A DNA stretch of 24,751 bases, taken from a virus (Duplodnaviria; Caudoviricetes). This document shows positions 1 through 7,300 of this stretch, piece by piece. A model generated the notes under the pieces. It made no database searches. It was not told the DNA's origin and worked only from the letters and a program-made list of their open reading frames with translations. A program made the position numbers and the translations under genes. The DNA is taken from the IMG/VR virus record IMGVR_UViG_3300020045_000647, positions 1 through 24,751 of that record. The stretch is one strand, 5' to 3'. The first letter of the stretch is position 1, and each line of letters starts with the position of its first letter.

Positions 1-643
1 TGGTTGAGTACCCACGGTTCTCTAACTCTCGGTAAAGGGTCATCTCAGTTTGTGGTGTACCCAGATAGACGATGGTTCCATTAGGCTTCAAGATAGCATC
101 GAACTCTTTGACTAACTCACCAATACGGTCACGTGCTAACTGAGTAGCTGAGTTGTTTGGTGTCTCAACGTCATCTGCCAGAATCAAGTCAGCACGACTA
201 CCAGTAATCTGACCGGTTATACCAGCAGACTTAACTGAGGGACTATGGTCAGGCTGAGCAGGTCCTACATCGAACTTCAAGACAGAGTCACGTTGTCCTT
301 GCTTAGGGTTAAGGTGTTGTAGGAAAGGCATTAGAGTGATTATATTACGAATGAATATACTATTAGCATCTGCACGTTCCTTTGAGGCTGATACAATAAG
401 TATCTTCATCTGAGGGTCATTCCATAGCTTCCATACAACGAATGCACAGAGGATGAATGACTTACCAATACCACGGAAAGCCTGAAGGATGAAACGTCTC
501 TTAGGGTTAGTCACAAGGCTCTTAGCCATATCAATCTGACATTTAGTTGGTTTAGGGAGATTGAGAGCAGCCCATAGGACATATAGGAAAGACACAAAGT
601 CTCTCTTGCATCTCTCTACAATAGCTTTATCTTTAGGATTAAT
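1..643 (-). CDS. gp19: Terminase large subunit (T7 gp19 homologue), 5' part only; runs off the window edge; probable ATT start
   Basis: Not in the ORF track. Manual translation gives (I)[40 protein letters not shown]...[13 protein letters not shown]...[11 protein letters not shown]...[13 protein letters not shown]...YLGTPQTEM, matching the T7 gp19 N-terminus, Walker A and Walker B. Strong SD TAAGGAGGT at 649-657. Confidence 0.95.
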   Translation of the reverse strand, partial: MNPKDKAIVERCKRDFVSFLYVLWAALNLPKPTKCQIDMAKSLVTNPKRRFILQAFRGIGKSFILCAFVVWKLWNDPQMKILIVSASKERADANSIFIRNIITLMPFLQHLNPKQGQRDSVLKFDVGPAQPDHSPSVKSAGITGQITGSRADLILADDVETPNNSATQLARDRIGELVKEFDAILKPNGTIVYLGTPQTEMTLYRELENRGYST

Positions 644-669
644 AATAGACCTCCTTATTTGTAATTAAT

Positions 670-716
670 GTAATCCAGTAAGGCCACTCTTTGTGAGAAT
701 GACCTTTAGTATTCCA
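670..716 (-). promoter_or_regulatory. RNase III processing hairpin (T7 R18.5-like position)
   Basis: Minus strand ACTAAAGGTCATTCTC-ACAA-AGAGTGGCCTT has the same AAGGTCATTC/GAGTGGCCTT upper stem as T7 R1.1-type sites; near-identical copy at 8421-8470. Confidence 0.75.
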
Positions 717-971
717 TTAGTTCAGCGTAGCAGAGTATAAATCGTCATCTGATAGTTCTTCTGGTAGTTCAGCTGAGAGAGCACTAAGAGTCTCTGTGTC
801 AGGAGCCACCTTGCTGATATTGAACTTGTGACGGTCTAACAGTTTAGCAATAGCGTTATACAACTGAGGGCCTCTTCGCTTTTCATTACGTAAATCTAAT
901 AGCATCAATCGAGCAGACTCTGAGTCTAACTGTTGGAGCAGCTCCTCGAATGCTTTGATATCTAAGGCCAT
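717..971 (-). CDS. gp18: Terminase small subunit (T7 gp18 homologue)
   Basis: LDSESARLMLLDL...PQLYNAIAKLLDRHKF matches T7 gp18; lies between holin and large terminase. Start placed at ATG 971 (MALDIK); the track begins at 983. Confidence 0.92.
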   Translation of the reverse strand: MALDIKAFEELLQQLDSESARLMLLDLRNEKRRGPQLYNAIAKLLDRHKFNISKVAPDTETLSALSAELPEELSDDDLYSATLN

Positions 972-972
972 A

Positions 973-1188
973 TTAAGTATCACCCCCTTTAGTAGTTTCT
1001 TTATACTTCATATACGTATTAAACAGAAGGCATCCAGTCTGAGCTATCGTATAGACGATAACAGCAGCATAGAACCATTCAGATAGTGTAAGCCCATAGA
1101 ACTTACTCATAACATCAGCACCAGCGCCTCCCACAATAGGGACAGACTTAATGATACCGTTATTGAAATCAATAGATAGAGACTCCAT
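973..1188 (-). CDS. gp17.5: Class II holin (T7 gp17.5 homologue)
   Basis: LSIDFNN...PIVG...GLTLSEWFYAAVIVYTIAQ matches T7 17.5; basic C-terminal tail; synteny. Confidence 0.93.
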   Translation of the reverse strand: MESLSIDFNNGIIKSVPIVGGAGADVMSKFYGLTLSEWFYAAVIVYTIAQTGCLLFNTYMKYKETTKGGDT

Positions 1189-1349
1189 TAGGAGCCTCCT
1201 TCTGTTTCTTCTTCTGTTGGTAATGTATCACCTGATTGGTAACACGTGTAGAACTCCTCAGAGACAACCACAAGAACCGTGTCTAAAGGATAAGGTAAGG
1301 ATGGGCACATAGAGCCATCCTCAGTTAATACCACAGGAATCTTGACCAT
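1188..1349 (-). CDS. Hypothetical 53-aa acidic protein (possible tail-fibre accessory or chaperone)
   Basis: Not in the track. SD AAGGAGGT then ATG at 1349: MVKIPVVLTEDGSMCPSLPYPLDTVLVVVSEEFYTCYQSGDTLPTEEETEGGS*. Its stop overlaps the holin ATG (TAATG) and it fills the gap exactly. Confidence 0.8.
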   Translation of the reverse strand: MVKIPVVLTEDGSMCPSLPYPLDTVLVVVSEEFYTCYQSGDTLPTEEETEGGS

Positions 1350-1361
1350 AATACCTCCTTA

Positions 1362-2330
1362 TTACATAGCTGGTTGAATGTTAATCGAGAATCCTTCCAG
1401 ATTGAATGTCTCAGTCGATAATGAAAGCTTCCCTGAGATATTCAATGTCTTTGCCACTGTTAGATCTACAGCTTGGGGACTAAAGGAAGTAGCTGTACCA
1501 TCAAAGGACCATAGAGGAACACCCCACACAGTACTCTTAGTCCGAGAACGTCCTTTGGCACTTCTACGGGCTGCAATCGCAGTAGCCGAACTGACAGCAT
1601 ATCCTCCCATTAAATCAACTGTACCAAGCTCAGCGTAGAGATTCTTAATGTTGGTACTACCAGTACACGAGAAGTCTACATCAACGAGCACAGTCCCATT
1701 ATTACCAAGGACATGTGCAGGGACTACTACCTGAGCTAAAGAGGTCTTAGTGGAAGTACCTGTAAGAGTTACTTTAACGTTACTGTTTATGATGATTGGG
1801 CGGAAGGTCCAACCAGTAGGCCCATAAACAGCTACTGCATTACCACAATCACTAACAGAAGCCTCAGAGCCAATACCTAAAGTTGTCAAAGAGGATACTA
1901 ACGACCAGTTACCTACCACGGGTGTTAAGGTTGTCCACACAGTCCCTCTCCACATAAGACGGGCTGATAGGTCTGTAACATAACAAGAGGTCCCTTCAAT
2001 AAGGTAACTCGTAGATACAGCTTGTAGTTGTGCCCATGTTCGAGGTGGAAGCTCTAATGATGATGGGGCTGTTTGAGTAGGAGACCAAGGGTCGGAAGCT
2101 GTTAGTTTAACTGCCCAGTTGTAGACCTCAAGTTTCTGACCAGCAGTTAGGACTGTTAGAACTCCAGAAGTGTTCACGTAGGTATAAGTAGAAGTGATAT
2201 CATTATATGAGATAGCTTTATAACTAAATGAGAACACTGGGTTACTCATGGAGAAACCTCGCTGTGTTGTATCAAGATTCTTAATGTAAGAACCGCCAGT
2301 CTCAAGTACAGCTAATTCTAATCTATACAT
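1362..2330 (-). CDS. Putative accessory tail/receptor-binding protein B (shared N-terminal module, two internal repeats, beta-rich C-terminal domain)
   Basis: 322 aa, Thr/Ser/Val/Gly-rich and predicted beta; downstream of gp17; N-terminal 82 aa paralogous to the gene at 2346-3047; SD AAGGAG. Confidence 0.6.
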   Translation of the reverse strand: MYRLELAVLETGGSYIKNLDTTQRGFSMSNPVFSFSYKAISYNDITSTYTYVNTSGVLTVLTAGQKLEVYNWAVKLTASDPWSPTQTAPSSLELPPRTWAQLQAVSTSYLIEGTSCYVTDLSARLMWRGTVWTTLTPVVGNWSLVSSLTTLGIGSEASVSDCGNAVAVYGPTGWTFRPIIINSNVKVTLTGTSTKTSLAQVVVPAHVLGNNGTVLVDVDFSCTGSTNIKNLYAELGTVDLMGGYAVSSATAIAARRSAKGRSRTKSTVWGVPLWSFDGTATSFSPQAVDLTVAKTLNISGKLSLSTETFNLEGFSINIQPAM

Positions 2331-2345
2331 GTTTAGTAAGGCTCC

Positions 2346-3047
2346 TTATGATAATTGGTCTATAATTAGAGTGGCTTTAGTCATTGTGAAGTTAGCACCT
2401 TCGGCTTGAATAACCGGAGGAGTCCCCACGCCTTGGATATCACCGTCTCTATCTATAGCAAAGAATGTAATGAAGTTGATTATATCAGGGTTCTTAGAGA
2501 AAGACCTGTTGATTGTTAAGCTATTACTACTTGTTCCTAAGAAATCCACGGTCATAGCTCTTTGGTTATTAGTAGCAGACCATGTGCCCTGTATGTTAAA
2601 CTTAAAGTTCATCACAGAGTCTACCGGTAGGGCGAAAAGCTTATCAACTGTTGTATTAATGAAAGGAGCGAAGTCGGAATCCTTGGGCTTACCTTTAAGT
2701 AAAGACACAATGTTATACTGAATCCCCATCAATAAAGTAATGCCTGTTAAATTATCCCAGACAGTCTCAATCTTAACTCTTGAAGGTGTTCTCGTAGCCA
2801 ACCAAGGGTCTGATTTAGCTACTCGTCTAACGTAAGTGTTAACCTCAAGTTTCTGAGGGTCTGTCATATTAGCTACTACACCATTATGGGTAACTAAGGA
2901 TGCTACAAGTGAATCTGAGGAGTATGTAAAGCTGTCAAAAGGAAACGTGAAGAGGGGCTTATAGAGGAGCTGCACGTGAGCAGCCCCATCATTAACGTAG
3001 CCTCCTCCGCTGTGGGACCAATAGCCATTAATCGAAAGTGACGACAT
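2346..3047 (-). CDS. Putative accessory tail/receptor-binding protein A with C-terminal Sf6-type tail-needle knob domain
   Basis: The C-terminal ~145 aa (RVKIETVW...NIVSLLK...FAPFINT...FKFNIQGTW...RAMTVDFLG...FITFFAIDRDG...IQAEGANFTMTKATLIIDQ) align motif by motif with the Sf6 needle knob as I recall it (NLVSLLK...LAPFFDT...FKLSIVGTW...RSMQLTFSG...ATFFSVDKDG...IQSNGASFT...IIAEQ). Confidence 0.75.
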   Translation of the reverse strand: MSSLSINGYWSHSGGGYVNDGAAHVQLLYKPLFTFPFDSFTYSSDSLVASLVTHNGVVANMTDPQKLEVNTYVRRVAKSDPWLATRTPSRVKIETVWDNLTGITLLMGIQYNIVSLLKGKPKDSDFAPFINTTVDKLFALPVDSVMNFKFNIQGTWSATNNQRAMTVDFLGTSSNSLTINRSFSKNPDIINFITFFAIDRDGDIQGVGTPPVIQAEGANFTMTKATLIIDQLS

Positions 3048-3056
3048 TTAGTCTCC

Positions 3057-4343
3057 CTATTTGAATATCGTTAGGTTAACTATCAGGTGGCTTGTACTAT
3101 CACTTAAAAACTTTTGTGCCTGAATGCTACCTGAAGATGATTGTACTATATATGTTTCAATATTAGCTCCCGTGACAGAGGTAGCGTTGAGGATGGCTGG
3201 GGAGTAAGGACATTTAGTATATGTAATAGGTAGATTAAATACAGCAAATATACCCGGGGCAGTTATAGGAACTGACCGCCTGAATATCCCCCTGATTGTT
3301 ATATCAAGTTTATCTTCAACAATTACAACCTCACTGTCGGATGCAGTCCATCCGTTGAGCATAATTAGATAAGTAGAAGGTGTTCTAAGCACCGGCCATT
3401 GTTCAAGCGTGGTTAACCGTGAGTTCTGGATACCATTAGTAGTATCTTGTTCACCCTTAGTGTAAGACTCTACGTATTCTAAGCCAGTGGCCCCAGAGTT
3501 CTGTCGTAAGAACTTCAAAGCATTACCAGTAGCACTTGGTAGACTAAGGCCATTAGCGTATCCTTCAGCTCTATCAGCCTCACTCTCAGCTCTATCAGCT
3601 TGTACTAAAGCACTTGCCGCAGAACTTGTAGCTTCAGACGCTTTAGTTGTGGCTGTGGAGGCACTTGTAGAAGCACTGGAAGCAGAACTTGCAGCTTCGG
3701 ATGCTTTAGTTGTAGATGTGAGAGCAGAACTTGCAGCTTCGGATGCTTTAGTTGTAGCCGTAAGAGCAGCACTTGTAGCTTCAGATGCCTTAGTCATAGC
3801 CGTGGAGGCACTTGTAGAAGCACTGGAAGCAGAACTTGCAGCACTTAAGGCATTTGCCCCAACTGACCCCTCAGCCACAAGCATCTGCTGGTAGTTAACA
3901 GCATCTAAAGGATTACTCCCGTCAAGGACATTAATAATCTTCTTACCACGAGCGTCTAAATCACCATCATTGTTTACCCCAATTGTATCAGACGTTAAGT
4001 CTCGTGCTTCCTCGGCTACGTGTAGAGTCTGAATCTGTGAGAGATTCATATCAGTGGCACGTAGGATGGAACCATCATTAAAGGTAACTAAGCGTTCTGT
4101 AGCTGAAGTATACCGACGAATCTCTAATGTAGCATAACCATCTGTTCCATTACCTAAAGGAAGTGTGGTTTGAATCTGAGTTGGGCTAATAAACCGGTAG
4201 TCAGTACCAACAGTCAGGACAACGCGTGTTGCCCCGATAGCTGTGACTACAACAAACTTACGAGCAAGATACTCAAAGGGTACTGAGAATAGACGATTAG
4301 ACCCGTCAAGGTCATATGTAAAGACTGTTTTAGGCTCTGCCAT
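3057..4343 (-). CDS. gp17: Tail fibre protein (T7 gp17-type N-terminal adaptor, Ala/Ser-rich coiled coil, distinct C-terminal tip)
   Basis: KTVFTYDLDGS...FEYLARKFVVVT...EIRRYTSATERLVTFNDGSILRATD...QTLHVAEEARD is the T7 gp17 adaptor; follows gp16. Confidence 0.95.
   Translation of the reverse strand: MAEPKTVFTYDLDGSNRLFSVPFEYLARKFVVVTAIGATRVVLTVGTDYRFISPTQIQTTLPLGNGTDGYATLEIRRYTSATERLVTFNDGSILRATDMNLSQIQTLHVAEEARDLTSDTIGVNNDGDLDARGKKIINVLDGSNPLDAVNYQQMLVAEGSVGANALSAASSASSASTSASTAMTKASEATSAALTATTKASEAASSALTSTTKASEAASSASSASTSASTATTKASEATSSAASALVQADRAESEADRAEGYANGLSLPSATGNALKFLRQNSGATGLEYVESYTKGEQDTTNGIQNSRLTTLEQWPVLRTPSTYLIMLNGWTASDSEVVIVEDKLDITIRGIFRRSVPITAPGIFAVFNLPITYTKCPYSPAILNATSVTGANIETYIVQSSSGSIQAQKFLSDSTSHLIVNLTIFK
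3655..3842. repeat. Direct repeats within the gp17 coiled-coil region
   Basis: Exact 41-bp repeat at 3655-3695 and 3802-3842 (offset 147 bp = 49 aa) and exact 35-bp repeat at 3681-3715 and 3723-3757 (offset 42 bp = 14 aa); they encode TTKASEAASSA-type units. Confidence 0.9.
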
Positions 4344-4347
4344 TATG

Positions 4348-4370
4348 TCTCCTTATAGTGAGTGTTAAAC
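4348..4370 (-). promoter_or_regulatory. Probable phage RNAP promoter, phi17 equivalent (degenerate)
   Basis: GTTTAACACTCACTATAAGGAGA matches 19/23 positions of the two perfect promoters and lies directly upstream of gp17, as T7 phi17 does. Confidence 0.7.
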
Positions 4371-4389
4371 CATAACTGTGTTATTACTA

Positions 4390-7300
4390 TTAACGTTTAG
4401 ACTGGTCAATCTTAATCCCTTGTTCAGTCATTATCTCTGTGAGGAGACGTTGAGTAATCGGGTCGTTAGGCACAATGTTCTTTAAGCCATTATATAGACC
4501 AGTCTTAAAGCCTTGCTCTTCCCAATACTTGTTATCATCTGACTGTAAGTGAGCTGCATTGTAACCAGCTTGTACAGCTGAAGCCGCAAAGCCTACCGAA
4601 GGAATAGCATCAAGGATTCTATCAGCAAACTTACCTCCCCCTCTTGGTCCATATATTAAAGGCAGGCCCTCTTGTCCTTTACCTACAGGACTTTTAGCTA
4701 CGATAGAGGAACGAACATCCTGTCCCATATCGAACCCTAAAGGGCCCCCAACGATATTAGCTAAACCTAAAGGTGCCCCAAGGATAGAGCTTCGGCTTAT
4801 ACCCGCATATGCTAACATAGTAGGATTGAGCATCTTATCTAAGTAAGCCTTTCGGTCAGACTCTGGGAGACTTTGAGCCTTCATGTAAGAAGTAGCTATG
4901 TGTCCCATACCCGCTAACCCAATCCCAACACTTGTAGCTAATAGCATGTCAACTTGTCGATTGTTCTTAGTAGCCTCGTTGTAAGCTCTCACAGCCTTAC
5001 CGTTAACAGACCGTAGGGCAAACATCTTGAACTGAGTCACAGCTTGTAGTAACGGGTGAGATTGTCTTGTTGATTGATTCCAGATATGGGTAGGTCTAAG
5101 GATAGCCTCGTCACCCCCAAGTTTATCTGCAAGTCTCCATAAGTCCATACTCCTTGGGTCTGTACGGAACTTCTCTTTATCAACTAACTGGACTAAGCCT
5201 TTATTGTCTCTCTTGAAGCAATCCTGAATCAACCCTAAAACACCTTCATATTGCTCGTCGGTTACAGAAGCAGACTTTAAGACATTCCCTTTGATTCGAC
5301 GTTGAGTCTTACCAAAAGAAGCATCAATAATATCACTTAGATAACCTTGCCGAGCAGCATCAATGAAGTAGTTAGTAGTAGAACCTAAGACTTTACTCAT
5401 AGGGAATCTCGCAGCCATCTCACCAGTAGCCCATTTAGCACCAGCCACCGCGTTGACGATTAAGTCAGGAGCACCAGAGGCCTTACGTAAAGATTGTCTG
5501 ATATGCTCTGAGGAGGGCCGTAGGCTATCATCCAGTTCCTTCCCAAAGAGGATACTATGAGCTTCTTTAAGTACACTTGGAGAAGCCTCAGCCCCCTTAG
5601 CTCTCTGCATGAAGTCATTAAGGATAGGAACACCTTTAAGTAACATCATTGTGTGACCTTTAGCTACCACACCACCAATCTCAGTAGAGTTTAAAGCACC
5701 CATGTATGCATTCTTAGAGAGGAACGTTGAGTTCATTAGGACCTTTAAGATTGACCCAAAGAGTCTGTCTGGATTACCACGGGCTCTCCCTGTGAGTAAC
5801 TTAACGACATCCGTAAGAGCTGCTACTTCATTAATCAACTTACCCTCACCAGAGGAGTTAGCCTTAGTCTGTAAGGTATTAATAACATCCTTAAGGTCCT
5901 TTGTGGTTTGTCCAGTGGCTCCCATGATAGCTATATCTCCATTCACACGTCTATCATAAGATGGGATTAAGGTACCCATATCGTAAGACCGTAAGTCATT
6001 AACAGCAAAGGTACCACCATCGGCTACCATTATTGGATGGTCACTGTCAAATAAGTTACGTGCTTCAAGGAATGAGTTGTTCTCTAAGCCTTTCAATGAG
6101 TCCTCACTAACCTCACTCACAGCTGAGCTATATGCAAATTGGTCACTATGAGAAATACCATAAGCCTTCTTACTGGAGTACTCTTCAAGTTCAGCTTTAA
6201 GAGACTCTGGGGTCTCTACAATGTTCTTCTCCTTTAGGACTTCCTTAAGATAAGTATCAACACGTGTCTTTACCTCAGCGACTGAGTGATAACTTGCTAA
6301 CCAAGAGTTCTTAATGGCTTCCTGAAGACCCTCAGCTGAACCAAAACGTCTTAACTGAATCTTCTTAGCAGCATCATCATAGACAACTGGTAAGTAAGTC
6401 CCCTCATGTCGAGTTCCTTTAAGTAAAGGCTTAGCGTTCTTATTGCCGAACTGCTGAGGATGCATCAACATGTCTAACTTACGGTCAAAGTGTTCCTTAA
6501 GTAGACCATGTAGCTTCATATCCTCTGGTTGTAAGGCCCGCTGGTGGACTGGCTTATGGGGATTCTCGATGGCATTAGCTACCCGCTTAAAGGCTTGCTC
6601 ATATAATGCCTGCTTATCAGTGAAGTGATAGAACTTAGGGTTCCCTGCGGCTTCATCTAAAGCATCTGATAGTTGACTATACATGGCTCTATCTAAAGAG
6701 TTGTTACGTTCAGCTATATCAGAGGCTACTGCTCTTGTTAGACCATGAGAACCTGATTCCATACCGGTAGGGCTCCTGACTAAAAGAGAACCTATGGTCC
6801 TTACTTCTTCATCCTGAGAGCGCCCAACAGTCAATCCTATCTCAGTTAAGCTACCAGCCTTAAGTCCCCTTGCAGCTCTCTCAGAGGAGCCTTGCTCAAG
6901 GAGGTCGTTAAATGGGTTCAGTGGGTTGTCAGCTGATAATACTGAACCATCACTTAAGACAACTGCACCTTCTTCTGTTGGATGAACTTTAAACTCAATG
7001 CCATCAGTAGACACTTGAGAAGGAAAGTTAGCATCTTCAACAACGTCAAGCCTCATGGTAGGGTCAGCTCCATTTGTATTAATAGCTGACTCACGTTCCT
7101 CTAACCGAATAACTGAAGGTGTTACAGTATCAGCTTCTGGAACTACCCCACGTTTACTTAAAGCTCTTGCCCCTACATCCATAAGTCCTGATAAGCCAGC
7201 TCCGAATAAAGCACCACCAACAGCTGCTTCAGCATAATGTGCATCAACACCTGTAGTTCTCTCTCTGATAAACTCAGAGCCCACTGCAAGTCCTGCTACC

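Noticed and set aside
3655-3842. Repeats as a CRISPR array or DGR template/variable pair
   Set aside because: They are in-frame coding repeats without unique spacers or adenine-specific variation; no cas or reverse transcriptase gene.
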